Source of the DNA: Eledone cirrhosa
Taxonomy: Eukaryota
Reading direction: 5' to 3'
Assembly: GCA_964016885.1 (NCBI GenBank)
Contig: CAXHJY010001736.1
Span: forward strand, 38,793 to 102,792
Length of the DNA stretch: 64,000 nucleotides
Below, one piece after another: positions 14,244 to 27,300 of the stretch (its first letter is position 1; every line of letters begins with the position of its first letter). The position numbers and the translations under genes were made by a program. The notes under the pieces are model-generated. The model saw only the letters and a list, made by a program, of their open reading frames with translations. It made no database searches and had not been told where the DNA came from.

Positions 14244-15572
14244 CAAGCATGTCAAACATGCGGCCCTTTATAAGCACACCTGCGGCCCGCAATAAAGGTG
14301 TTTTTTTTACAGCGTGGGCATGTTATAAAATAAAAAAAAATATTAGTTGTAATGTGCGCAATTAGTTGTTGTCTGTGGCCCTCAGACAACACTTATGACC
14401 CATGTGGCCCTCGGGACACCCTCAGACAACACATATGTGACCCATGTTGCCCTCGGGAGACCCTCAGACAACACTTATGACCCATGTGGCCCTCGGGACA
14501 CCCTCAGACAACACATATGTGACCCATGTTGCCCTCGGGAGACCCTCAGACAACACTTATGACCCATGTGGCCCTCGGGACACCCTCAGACAACACATAT
14601 GTGACCCATGTTGCCCTCGGGAGACCCTCAGATAACACACATGTGACCCATGTGGTCCTCAGGATACCCTCAGATAACACGTGATCCATGTGGCCCTCGG
14701 GAGACCCTCAGATAACACACATTTGATCCATGTGGTCCGCGGGGGGGGGGGGGGGGGGGGCGTCAGATAACACATATGTGACCTATGTGACCCTCGGGGA
14801 ACCCTCAGATAACATAAGTGACCCATGTGGCTCTCGGAAGACCCTCGGACAACACATATGTGGCCCATGTGGCCCTCGGGGAACCCTCAGATAAAATAAG
14901 TGACCCATGTGGCCCTCGGAAGACCCTCGGACAACACATATGTGACCCATGTGACCCTCGGGGGAGCCTCAGATAAAATAAATGACCCATGTGGCTCTCG
15001 GAAGACCCTCGGACAACACATATGTGACCCATGTGGCCCTCGGGGAACCCTCAGATAAAATAAATGACCCATGTGGCCCTCGGACAACACATATGTGACC
15101 CATGTGGCCCTCGGGGAACCCTCAGATAAAATAAGTGACCCATGTGGCCCTCGGAAGACCCTCGGACAACACATATGTGACCCATGTGACCCTCGGGGGA
15201 GCCTTAGATAACATAAGTGACCCATGTGGCCCTCGGAAGACCCTTGGACAACACATATGTGACCCATGTGGCCCTCGGGGAACCCTCAGATAAAATAAGT
15301 GACCCATGTGGCCCTCGGAAGACCCTCGGACAACACATATGTGACCCATGTGATCCTCGGGGGAGCCTTAGATAACATAAGTGACCCATGTGGCCCTCGG
15401 AAGACCCTCGGACAACACATATGTGACCCATGTGGCCCTCGGGGAACCCTCAGATAACATAAGTGACCCATGTGGCTCTCGGAAGACCCTCGGACAACAC
15501 ATATGTGACCCATGTGACCCTCGGGGGAGCCTTAGATAACATAAGTGACCCATGTGGCCCTCGGAAGACCCA
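14244..15572 (+). mobile_element. hAT-like MITE 5' part whose internal ~41/82-bp segment is amplified into a minisatellite (14375-15572)
   Basis: Starts aagcatgtcaaacatgcggccc; homologous to 53197-53453, which ends in the complementary TIR gtttgacatgcct. Confidence 0.75.
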
Positions 15573-15908
15573 CGGTGAACATAAGTTCTGTGGAATCGTA
15601 GACGAGAGAGAGAAAAAAGGCGAACCGGCCTGACCAAGCGTGCGAAAGAAAATAATTACGCACAGGTCAAACGGGAAGAAGGAGGAGGAGGAGAGGTAGT
15701 AACAGAGTGAGTGAGTGAGTGAGTGAAGGGTGAGGAAGAGGCTAACAGAGAGAGTGACTGTTAGAGAGGGTAAAGATAGAGAGAAAGTGGAAAGCAGTAA
15801 GAACGAAATAGACGGGTCACAGCGAGGGAAAAAATATGTGTAAATATGAGAATAGACCTGCTGCGTGGTTGCAAACGTGTTACATATGAATAAAGTTAGT
15901 CCTTCAGT

Positions 15909-15950
<42 letters not shown>

Positions 15951-16283
15951 TAATAATAATAGGCTGCCCGTTGCAAATGGTGGGGCATGTGAAAAAGTAG
16001 GTCCTTCATCAGTGACCCTCCAACCGTCCCAGGCATTTCATCGCTTTAAGGGCCATATGCCTCAGGTTGGTGCGAACAACGGCTAAAAAAAGTCGTTGGG
16101 ACACGTAAACAAAGGGGACGCCAGGGTAACAAACAAAAAAGTTTAAGCAACGGAAAGTGAGAGGAAATAGACAAGTCCCAGATCTCTATGAATATAAACT
16201 CGGTGAAATCGTGAACAAGAGACAAAAGACCATCAAACCTGGTTGAAATGTGAGCAAGGAAAGAATTTCGCCCAAGTTTGATA

Positions 16284-17203
16284 TATATATATATATATAT
16301 ATATAAGACTGAAGATGTCTGTCTGTGTGTGTGTGAGTTTGAATCCCTAAAACTCGAGAACCACCCAACCGACTGTTTTCAAACTTTACACATGTAATAC
16401 TTATGATTCAGGGAGTGTTCTGAGGAAAAGAAATTTCAAATTTTCAATGCCCTAGGGACCACATTAGGCGATTTAGCGATCTCTCTCTATAATTCTTAGT
16501 CTTTCTCTTTTTAGATAGATACATACATATAACGTCGCACACTTATAATATTTGTCTGTATGTCCTGTCTGCATTACGTCACTTCCCTGAGGATGTCTGT
16601 CTGTGTGTGTGTAAGTTTCAATCCCTAAAACTCGAGAAGTACCCAACCAATTTTTTTCAAACTTTACATGTGTATTACTTATGTTTCAGGGAGTGTTATG
16701 CACATAAAAAATTCAACTTTTTGATCCCCTAGGGCCCGCATTAGGTGAAAAACGGCGTTTTTTAAGCTTTTTAGGGTTTTTTTGAGGCGTTACGTCAGAC
16801 CGATTTCCTTGAAATTGTAACTATGTATTAGTCAGTCTCTTCTTCATACCGCGAGCAAAGAAAATCCAACTTTTGTTATGGCCCGCATTAGGTGAAAAAC
16901 TTCATTTTTTTTCAGCTTTTTAGGGCTTTTTGGAGGCGTTACGTGTAGCCGATTTTCCTGAAATTTCAAGGCATATTATGGACATAAAAAAATTCATTTT
17001 CTTGATCCCTAGGGCCCGCATTGGGTGAAAACCTGCAGTTTTCCTGTTTCATCGAGAAAAATCTTAAAGATTATCCAGCCATCAGAGTATTCGGTTTATT
17101 TTCTTTACATATTGTCCAGGCATGCAGTTTTTCCACAATTAGGTCTGTTGGCGGCCCGCCTTCCAAAATACCGTATCCCGTGCAACGCCGGGTACCACTG
17201 CTA

Positions 17204-17204
<1 letters not shown>
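16284..17204 (+). mobile_element. Non-autonomous Helitron (HINE-like), with internal direct duplications
   Basis: 3' end CCCGTGCAACGCCGGG hairpin + TACCACTG-CTAG|T in (TA)n, nearly identical to the ends at 29834 and 35546; 5' block repeated at 16309 and 16587. Confidence 0.85.
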
Positions 17205-17273
<69 letters not shown>

Positions 17274-17279
<6 letters not shown>

Positions 17280-17396
17280 GGTAAACAGAAATAACAACAC
17301 AATCGGTACAGTATATGGAAGGAATATATTAGGTTAACGCTTGAAATAGCAGGAAGAGGGTCTTAACGTTTTGGACGCTAGTCCTTCATCAGAAGA
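17274..17396 (-). mobile_element. HHR element family A, copy 2 (core GAAA mutated to AAAA)
   Basis: tctt-CTGATGA-aGGACtagcGTCC-aaaacgtt-aaga; abuts (TG)n. Confidence 0.7.
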
Positions 17397-17483
17397 AAGA
17401 ATGAGAAATATGATAGATTGAAGGGACGGGCGGGGTGGAATTGGAATTTATATATAGAAAGTGAACAACACAGTATATAACTA

Positions 17484-17551
17484 CTCCATTACCAAAGGTT
17501 TCAGGACCCTAGAAAATATTAACATATGTCTAGCTCGCTCATCAGATGAAA
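17484..17551 (-). ncRNA. Type I hammerhead ribozyme, family F
   Basis: tttcat-CTGATGA-gcgagCTAGA...TCTAGggtcct-GAAA-cc-ttt-ggt-A-atggag: GUA site, 3-nt-loop stem III, stem I extended by flanking inverted repeat 17456-17475 / 17556-17574. Confidence 0.75.
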
Positions 17552-17929
17552 AGTTACTACTGTTGTTCACTTTCTAATTAAAGAGCTCTGTATTATACAT
17601 AGAGCACTCTTTTTTCCTTTTTCCTTTGCTTTTTCTTCGGAAATACTTAACATATATATATATATATGTGTGTGTATGTGTGTATGACTGTGTACGTATG
17701 CGTATAGGTATGCATATATATGTGTGTGTGTATGTATGTGTGTGTACGTATGTGTGTATATGCATATTTATGTGTGTACACACAATAACTACGATGATCT
17801 GTACGCCAAGTAGATCATAAGACCTAGCCATCACTTCACGTGGATCACATGATGTTAATGATAATGGTGGCGGTGGTGGTGGTGGTGGTGGTATGTGTGA
17901 GTGTGTGTTGTGTGTAGATGGATGTATTG

Positions 17930-18601
17930 ATAGACTATGTGTGTGTGTGTGTGGATGTATAGAAGGTGTGTGTGTGGATGGGTATATAGGTGTGGTTGTG
18001 TGCGTGTGTGTGTGTGTGGATGGATGTATAGAAGGGCTGTGAGTGTGGATGTATAGAAGGTGTGTGTGTGTGTGTGGATGGATATATAGAAGGGCTGTGT
18101 GTGTGTGGATGTATAGATGGGGGTGTGTGGATGGGTATATAGGTGTGGTTGTGTGCGTGTGTGTGGATGGATGTATAGAAGGGCTGTGTGTGTGGATGTA
18201 TAGAAGGTGTGTGTGTGTGTGGATGGATATATAGAAGGGCTGTGTGTGTGGATGTATAGAAGGTGTGCGTGTGTGTGGATGGATATATAGAAGGGCTGTG
18301 TGTGTGTGGATGTATAGAAGGTGTGTGTGTGGATGGGTATATAGGTGTGGTTGTGTGCGTGTGTGTGTGTGGGTGGATGTATAGAAGGGCTGTGTGTGTG
18401 GATGTATAGAAGGTGTGTGTGTGTGTGTGGATGGATATATAGAAGGGCTGTGTGTGTGTGGATGTATAGATGGGGGTGTGTGGGTGTATTTTCTCATCCT
18501 CAACAAGTGGTGGTGGTGTGTGTGAGTGTATGTTGTGTATATGTGTGTGTGTGATTGTAGATGAATGTATTGATAGGCTGTGTGTATGTATAGATGGACT
18601 G

Positions 18602-18644
<43 letters not shown>

Positions 18645-19740
18645 ATATATAGGTGTGTGTGTGGATGTATAGATGTGTGTGTGTGTGGATGTATAGATGT
18701 GTGTGTGGATATATAAGTGTGTGTATGTGTGTGTGGATGTATAGATGTGTGTGTGTGTGTATCTAGATGGGCTGTGTGTGTGTGGATGTATAGAAGGTGT
18801 GAGTGTGTGGATGTATAGATCTGTGTGTGTGTGGATGTATAGATGTGTGTGTGTGTGGATGTATAGAAGGTGTGTGTGTGTGTGTATATAGATGGGCTGT
18901 GTGTGTGTGGATGTATAGATGTGTGTGTATGTGTGTGGATGTATAGAAGGTGTGAGTGTGTGGATGTATAGATCTGTGTGTGTGTGGATGTATAGAAGGT
19001 GTGTGTGTGTGGATGTATAGAAGGTGTGTGTGTGTGTGTATATAGATGGGCTGTGTGTGTGTGGATGTATAGATGTGTGTGTATGTGTGTGGATGTATAG
19101 AAGGTGTGTGTGTGTGGATGTATAGAAGGTGTGTGTGTGTGTGTATATAGATGGGCTGTGTGTGTGTGGATGTATAGATGTGTGTGTATGTGTGTGGATG
19201 TATAGAAGGTGTGTGTGTGTGGATGTATAGAAGGTGTGTGTGTGTGTGTATATAGATGGGCTGTGTGTGTGTGGATGTATAGATGTGTGTGTATGTGTGT
19301 GGATGTATAGAAGGTGTGTGTGTGTGGATGTATAGAAGGTGTGAGTGTGTGGATGTATAGATGGGCTGTGTGTGTGTGGATGTATAGATGTGTGTGTATG
19401 TGTGTGGATGTATAGAAGGTGTGAGTGTGTGGATGTATAGATCTGTGTGTGTGTGGATGTATAGATGTGTGTGTGTGTGGATGTATAGAAGGTGTGTGTG
19501 TGTGTGTGTATATAGATGGGCTGTGTGTGTGTGGATGTATAGATGTGTGTGTATGTGTGTGGACGTATAGAAGGTGTGTGTGTGTGGATGTATAGAAGGT
19601 GTGTGGATGTATAGATGTGTGTGTGTGTGGATGTATAGATGTGTGTGTATATAGATGGGCTGTGTGTGTGTGGATGTATAGAAGGTGTGTGTATGTGTGT
19701 GGATGTATAGGTGTGTGTGTGTGTGTATGGAGGTGTGGGT
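17930..19740. repeat. Minisatellite gtggatgtataga(ag)g(tg)n
   Basis: Dozens of tandem copies with variable TG spacer. Confidence 0.95.
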
Positions 19741-20993
19741 GTATGTTCCTCCAACAACATATTGTCCACAGCAAACACAGCTTCTCTATATCTAGGAGAA
19801 ATGTTCCAATAATTGTTTCTACTTTAGGCACAAGGCCAGCAAATTACCCAGTACATTACTGGTACTTTATTTTATCGACCCCGTAAGGATGAAAGGCAAA
19901 GTTAACCTCGGCGGGATTTGAACTCAGACTGTAAAGGGACGTAACTATGCTAGAAAGCATGGCGTCCAACCCTCTACCGATACTGCCAATTCACCAATGA
20001 CAGCTGGAAGGAAACACTTCACATAGGAACGCCACTTCACGTAATAATAAAAATACTTGTTTCTACTTTTGCCACAAGGCCATCAATTATCCCAGTGCAT
20101 TACTGGTACTTTATTTTATCGACCCCGTAAGGATGAAAGGCAAAGTTAACCTCGGCGAGATTTGAACTCAGAATGGCAAGGGCCGTAACTCTATGCGTCA
20201 AAGCATGGCGTCCGACCGTCCACCAATACTGACAACCCACCGCCAATAATGATAATTGTTTCTACTTTTGGCACAAGGCCAGCAATTACTCAGTGCATAA
20301 TAACAATAATAATAGTAATGATGATGACGATGATGATGGTGGTGACGATGATGGTGGTGGTGGTGGTGGTGGTGATGGTGATGGTGGTGATGATGATGTC
20401 GGTGATGATGATGATGACGGTGATGGTGGTGATGTTGGTGATGATGATGATGTCGGTGATGGTGATGATGATGATGATGATGTCGGTGATGGTGATGGGA
20501 ATGATGATGATGTCGACGATGATGATGTCGACGATGATGATGATATCATGTGATGATGTCATCGTCGTTGTCTTTCTGTCAGCAACTGGGTCAAGTAGTT
20601 AATCTTTTCCCCTCCATTTTCCACCTCTCAGCAGCCTCCATTGTCCTTGTGTGACACTGATATTAAATATATGGATCTAATCCGCCACACTTGCTTCCGC
20701 TCTTTCATCAAATATATTGTAGAAGAATCTTTTCACATACACCGGAAGCTGCTACTTGTTTCCAGGAAGCCTCCACGGCTAGAAATAGCAACGAAATTCC
20801 ACTCAAACCACCCACACCTTACCATACCATTATCATATTTGGCAGTATCAGTAGAGGGTCGGACGCCATGCTTTCCAGCATAGTTACGTCCCTTTACGAT
20901 CTGAGTTCAAATCCCGCCGAGGTTGACGTTGCCTTTCATCCTTACGGGGTATATATATATGTAAGTATGTTTTGAAACAGTGAGCGAGTTTGA

Positions 20994-21205
20994 AATTAGA
21001 AATATAAGCTTTCACCGTATTTTTTTACTAAAGAAATTTTTTAGCCTAATAGTGGGGTTTAGAACCCTCAGAGATATGGGAAAAGATGAGTGTTGACGTA
21101 CATGTACGTCAACACTCATCTTTTTCCATATCTCTGAGGGTTCTAAACCCCACTATCAGGCTAAAAAATTTCTTTAGTAAAAAATACGGTGAAAGCTTAT
21201 ATTTC

Positions 21206-21210
<5 letters not shown>
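20994..21210. repeat. ~217-bp near-perfect spacerless palindrome centred on gtaCATGtac, abutting (TA)n
   Basis: Arms of ~108 bp are reverse complements with about 3 differences. Confidence 0.92.
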
Positions 21211-21246
<36 letters not shown>

Positions 21247-21442
21247 ATACTTGCGGAGGGTCATATTTGTGTAATATTGCCAGAATTAATAATAGAACAC
21301 ACTCACTGTTTGGTTGGTTTTCGCTTCTCGCTGTCTTTTATATCTGCGATCTAACTTACTCGGTCCTCAATGTTGCCATTGACTGACCGACGGTCAAAAA
21401 TAATACAGATACAATATAGACACAAACACATATATATAGTTT

Positions 21443-21485
21443 ATCATAAATCTTTCGTTGCACATCTGCAACATCGTCAGTGGTG
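21443..21485 (-). ncRNA. Hammerhead ribozyme motif in Penelope 3' pseudo-LTR
   Basis: cacca-CTGACGA-tGTTGCAgatgTGCAAC-GAAA-gattt-A-tgat; about 240 nt downstream of the GIY-YIG stop, same strand; stem I weak. Confidence 0.75.
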
Positions 21486-21723
21486 TTATCGTTTCCTCCT
21501 GTTGTATTGTATGTCTACGCCATTTTTATTCAGTCTGTCTATATATTTATTTATTTATTTGCTTGTTTGTTTATTTTATTTTGTCTTCTTTGCGCATGCG
21601 TTTGCGTGTGTGTGTAGTGTTTTGTTTGCTGTGTGATGGGTGACTAGTGTGTGTTTATGTGCTTGTTGTTATTGTGCTTGTGTATGTATTTATTTATTTA
21701 TTTATTTTATTTTATTTACTTAT

Positions 21724-22497
21724 TTATACTTCTCTTAGGTCAGTGGTGTTTATTTGGGTGTTGTTGTTATTCCATTCATTCTTTCTGTTTAGTCTCTTTA
21801 GTCTTCTAATTTCTATTTCACTGGCCTCTCTGATTTGCCTATCTGCTGGGTCATTTCTATGTTTAGATATTATTCTAATTTCTATGTTGTCTATGTTACC
21901 GTCATGTTGTTGTCTAGCATGTTCGTATAGTACTGACCCGTTTTTTCGTCCTTTTAGTTCCCCCCAGTGTTGGTCTATCCTTTCACCTATGCTACGAGCT
22001 GTCTCACCTATGTATGTTGTTGTCATGTTTCTGCAAGTACCCTCTGTACATCTTATGCTATAGACTACGTTTCTAGTTTTACAGTTTATCCGGGGGTTTA
22101 CCTTACATATGATACATTTCCTATTGGTACAGTGGGTTTTCTTAAAAGGGTAGGTTTTGCTGATCAGGGATTTTATGGTGGTTCCTGGCTTTTCTACCAC
22201 CTTAATTTTTAAGTGGGTCTTTCTCGGGGCCTTTCTACACTGGTTAGCTAATTTCCCTCCAGGGGTAGCGTCCACAAACATGACACTCTGGTATCTCTGG
22301 TTGTCGTACCATGAGGTGTCTTTCCCTATCTTATGTCTAGCCTTATCTAAGCTACTCCATGATTTGCTCCTCTATAATGGGCAAATTCCTTTCATGTCCA
22401 GTTCTATGAGGGTCTTATACTTTTCCATGGCTCCTTCGTATACTCTGACTCTGTCTCTTTGGTTGTAGCCAGAGAACTGCATGCGGTTGATGAAGTG
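21724..22497 (-). pseudogene. Penelope linker and GIY-YIG endonuclease
   Basis: ORF 21724-22281 plus upstream in-frame HFINRMQFSGY... Confidence 0.88.
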
Positions 22498-23142
22498 TTA
22501 GATGTGTCTTTCCATTTCTGTTGGGTCGCACATGCGGGACACATTCTTCATCACTCGTACCAAATCTGCGATCAGAATATTAAACTTAGCACTACTGGAC
22601 ATTGCTGAGTTTTTGAGTATCAGGTATTTGGAGGCCATGGGTTTAGCATAGTGTGAGTGGAGAATTTTGGCTCTCTCGTCTATAGTGTTAATCCAGAATT
22701 CTGTGTCTAATACAGGTAGTCTATTGTTAGGGTGTTTGGAAGGGAAGTCGATAGTTACAGTTATACTCTGGTGTATGGAATTAGCTATCTGCTGGATTTC
22801 TATTGTGCTAAGTTCTAAATCAAACTTGTTAGTGCTCTCTTGTGGGGATGTTCTTATAACTATATTGATATCGTCTACATAACGAGAGTACATGATGAGG
22901 TCTATGGAGCTCTCATTAAGGAGATCTTTAAGTCTCCTTTCCCACCACACCATGAAAAGGTTGGCAACATCACCAGCTATGCTGACGCCAATGGCTGCTC
23001 CCTCATTTTGGGTGTAGATCTTCTTGTTGAACTTAAATATGTGGCCCTTTAGGGTAGTTTTGATACTAGCCCCTATTGCATGTGCAACCATTTTTCTTAC
23101 CTGATCATTGTTTTGGAGGGTCCGTATAGCTTTGGTCCACAT
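22498..23142 (-). pseudogene. Penelope RT fragment
   Basis: 214-aa ORF with YVDD catalytic motif; reading continues past a frameshift into the linker. Confidence 0.9.
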
Positions 23143-23239
23143 TATTTAGTAAACCCCCCCCCCCCCCCGAAAGGGATGAAAATGTGAAGTTGACCTCGAC
23201 GGGAGTTGAACTCAGATCTCAGAGCTGAAACGAATACTA

Positions 23240-24067
23240 TACATACATGCATACACACACATACATATACATGCATACACACACATACATATACATACAC
23301 ACACACACACATACATACATACATATACATACATACACACATACATATACATACACACACACATACACACACATACATATACATGCATACACACACATAC
23401 ATATACATATACATACACACATACATATACATGCATACACACACATACATATACATGCATACACGCACATACATATACATACATACACACACACATATAC
23501 ATACATATACATACATACACACATACATATACACACACACACACACATATACATACATACACACATACATATACATACACACACACATACATATACATAC
23601 ATACACACACACATACATATACATACACATACATATACATACATACACACACATACATATACATACACACACACACACACACATATACATACATACACAC
23701 ATACACATACATACACACACACATATACATACACACACACATACATATACATACATACACATACACACACACATATACATACATACACATACATATACAT
23801 ACATATACATACACACACACACATACATATACATACATACACACACACTGACATATATAAATATTTTACACATTACATACACGCTCACACACACTTACAC
23901 ACATACATACACATAATACTCCTTCACATACACACACACACACACGGACATATATACATATTTTACAAACATACATAAATATTTTACACATTACACACAC
24001 ACACACATACATATTTTACTGATACATACACGAATATACGCACACATGGACACATACACACACCTAC

Positions 24068-24102
<35 letters not shown>

Positions 24103-24290
24103 CACACGCACACACCTTCACACACACTCACACACACACCTTACACCTACACACATTTTACACCTACACACCTCACACCTACACACAGACACACATCTAC
24201 ACACCTTCCCACACACACCTTACACACATACACCTACACACACACTTTCACACACCATACACACCTTCACACTCACACACACATACACAC
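23240..24290. repeat. (CA)n/(TACA)n microsatellite
   Basis: Direct reading. Confidence 0.95.
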
Positions 24291-24521
24291 ACAGTTTCAT
24301 GTGTTGACCCTCATACGTCAATAATAACTACAAGTACAGAAACAGTTGACGTCACGTGATTTCCAGTCGTTCCCGTTTCCAAGGGAAATCTTCCTCTTCT
24401 TATTTCTACTGATATTTACAACCGACATTTTTTCCCCCCCACACAAGGTTGTTTCAGTACAAGTTTAGTCCTTTGTGTGTCGTATATCCAACCGTGTATT
24501 TACTATAAATAGATTGTATCT

Positions 24522-25330
24522 ATGTGTGGCTTAGTGGTAAGGGTGTTGGACTTATGAACATAATGTCGTGGGTTCGATTCCTGAATTGGGTTGAGTGTTG
24601 TGTTGTGTTCTTGGGTAAAACACTTTATTTCATGTTGTTCCAGTATACTTTTAACCCTTTAGAATTCTCTCACGTCTTTCTGTTCAAACCGGCCATAACC
24701 GGCCACTCATACTTATTTATGTTAAGGTGTTGTTATCAAAATCTCATAGATTCGATATTGCGTGAGATAATTATGAGAAATAAAGTGTTTACCATGATAA
24801 TACAATTGTAAATATAGAGTAATGTAAATGCAGGGTGTTTGACTTTTCCGGTATATTCAACTGAAAATGAGTACCTGCAATAGATGTGAATTTAACCCTG
24901 TAGTGGACTGGCGTCCTGCCCAGGTAAGAGGTCTTGTACTCCCAGTCTTTTAACACCATGGAGACATGTGGCATTGTGGTAAGGTGTTGTATAATTAGCT
25001 GGTTTAAGTAAAGACGTGTGGCCTAGTGGTAAGTGTGTTAGACTTACAAATATAATGTCCTGGACTGGGTTGTGTGTTGTGTTCTTGAGCAAGACACTTC
25101 ATTTCACGCTGCTCCAGTGTAATTAGCTGGTTTAAGTAAAGACGTGTGGCCTAGTGGTAAGTGTGTTAGACTTACAAATATAATGTCCTGGACTGGGTTG
25201 TGTGTTGTGTTCTTGAGCAAGACACTTCATTTCACGCTGCTCCAGTATAATTATCTGGTTTAAGTAAAGACGTGTGTTGTGTTCTTGAGCAAGACACTTT
25301 AATCCAGTATACTCAGCTGTAGCTGGGAGT
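24522..25330 (+). mobile_element. tRNA-derived SINE family 2 (V-domain-like gtccttgagcaagacactt); includes a 128-bp tandem duplication at 24993-25250; another copy 42168-42292
   Basis: tggcttagtggt A-box, ggttcgattcc B-box, conserved ttgagcaagacactt motif. Confidence 0.75.
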
Positions 25331-26503
25331 TTAGCCCTGTGATAGACTGTTTTATACCAAACAATTATTGTAACAAATTACAGGTAGAAATAGAATTACT
25401 CACCTGTAATTTAATTATGGTATTATTGTTGCTGTCAGTCTGCCTATTTGTCATGTGATAATATTGTTATTGTTGCTATCTATCTGTATGTATGTATGAT
25501 TGTCTTGTTGCTTATGTCTGTCTGTCTGTCCCTTTACCGGCTTGTCTCTCAGTCTATCGGTCTGTGTCTCTAGCGGTCTGTCTGTCTCTCTCTCTCTCTG
25601 GCGGTGTGTGTGTCTGTCTCTCTCTCTGGCGGTCTGTCTGTCTGTCTCTCTCTCTGGCGGTGTGTTTGTCTGTCTCTCTCTCTGACGGTCTGTCTGTCTG
25701 TCTCTCTCTCTCTGGCGGTGTGTTTGTCTGTCTCTCTCTCTGGCGGTTTGTCTGTCTGTCTCTCTCTCTGGCGGTGTGTCTTTCTGTCTCTCTCTCTCTG
25801 GCGGTTTGTCGGTCTGTCTGTCTCTCTGGCGGTGTGTCTGTCTGTCTCTCTGGCGGTGTGTCTGCCTGTCTCTTTACCGGCATGTTTATCAGTCGGTCTG
25901 TCTGTCTGTCACCTTCCTCACATAACTCAACATTTAGCCTTGAAGGAGGCAGAGAGTTGTTTATGAAATTGTAGGTGTTTTAGCACCAAGGAATGATTAC
26001 CACTAGACGTGTGTGTAAGAGAGAGAGAGAGTGTAAGAGAGAGAGAGAGTGTAAGAGAGAGAGTGTGTGTAAGAGAGAGAGAGTGTGTGGAAGTGTGTAT
26101 GTGAGAGAGTGTGTGTGTATGTGAGAGAGAGGGTGTGTGAGTGAGTGTGTGTGATAGAGTGTGTGTGTGAGAGAGAGAGGTGTGAGAGAGCGAGAGTGTG
26201 TATATATGTGTGAGAGAGTAAGTGCGTGTGTGTGTGTGAGAGAGAGAGAGAGAGACACTCACAGCAATTAGTTCCATTTTGTTCACGAACAATTTTTTCC
26301 GAACATAAAACGTCTCGGTTGACGAAGACGTCATCAACTATCACTGAAGCCGGCAACAAGCTGGGAGTATTGGCGGGAAAGCTTGACTTGCTGTGTAGTT
26401 AGTTACAATGGTGATATCTATCTGCCTTTCACACGCAGTCTCTCTATCGCTCTCTCTCTCTCGTTCACTCGCTCGCTTGTTCGGTCCCTCTCTCTCTCGC
26501 GTG

Positions 26504-26538
<35 letters not shown>

Positions 26539-26752
26539 GTTCGCTCGCTCGCTTGTTCGCTCTCGCTCCCTCCCTCTCTCCCTCTCTCTCTCGTTCGCTC
26601 GCTCGCTTGTCCCCCCCATCTCCCTCCCAATCTCCCCCCCCCATCTCCCCTCCCCCTCCCCCTCTCTATCCACCCCACCCCCTCTCTCTCTCTGTCCACA
26701 CACACACACATTGTCCCTCTTATGCTGTCTGACCACACACACACATTATTCC

Positions 26753-26909
26753 CAGAGCCGTCTTAACAGCATTATAGCCCCCGGGCAAAGCAGAGCACTG
26801 GGACTCCTACCTACACAACCACTCACAGGAATAAAAATACAAATGGGCCCCTATCCTCGTGGGGCCCCCGGGCAACTGCCCAGCATGTCCATGCGTTAAG
26901 ACGGCCCTG
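26753..26909. mobile_element. hAT-type MITE, 157 bp, with 8-bp TSD
   Basis: TIRs cagagccgtcttaac / gttaagacggccctg; ATTATTCC duplicated on both sides. Confidence 0.88.
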
Positions 26910-26921
26910 ATTATTCCCATA

Positions 26922-27300
26922 ACCTGTCTGGCCGCACACACCACAGATCCCTTACCCTGTCTGGCCACACACACCACAGTTCCCTTACCCTGTCTGGCCA
27001 CACACACCACAGTTCCCTTACCCTGTCTGTCCACACACACCACAGTTCCCTTACCCTGTCTGTCCATACACACCACAGTTCCCTTACCCTGTCTGGCCAC
27101 ACACACCACAGTTCCCTTACCCTGTCTGTCCACACACACCACAGTTCCCTTACCCTGTCTGTCCACACACACCACAGTTCCCTTACCCTGTCTGTCCACA
27201 CACACCACAGTTCCCTTACCCTGTCTGGCCACACACACCACAGTTCCCAGACTTTGCCCATACACACCACAGTTCCCTTACCCTGTCTGGCCACACACAC
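26922..27300. repeat. ~33-bp minisatellite cacacaccacagttcccttaccctgtctg(g/t)cca
   Basis: About 11 tandem copies. Confidence 0.95.

Larger units (their letters stand above)
21250..23142 (-). mobile_element. Penelope-like element (Neptune-like), 5' truncated, with 3' pseudo-LTR carrying an HHR
   Basis: RT motifs QNEGAAIG, YSRYVDD, LPVLD; Cys linker CTNRKCIIC; GIY-YIG VVYSIRC...YIGETAR..ERI.QH...E...LNRKNE; frameshift near 22499. Confidence 0.92.

Noticed and set aside
15995-16015. Minus-strand CTGATGAAGG as another hammerhead
   Set aside because: No downstream GAAA with a closing stem II or stem I partner found.
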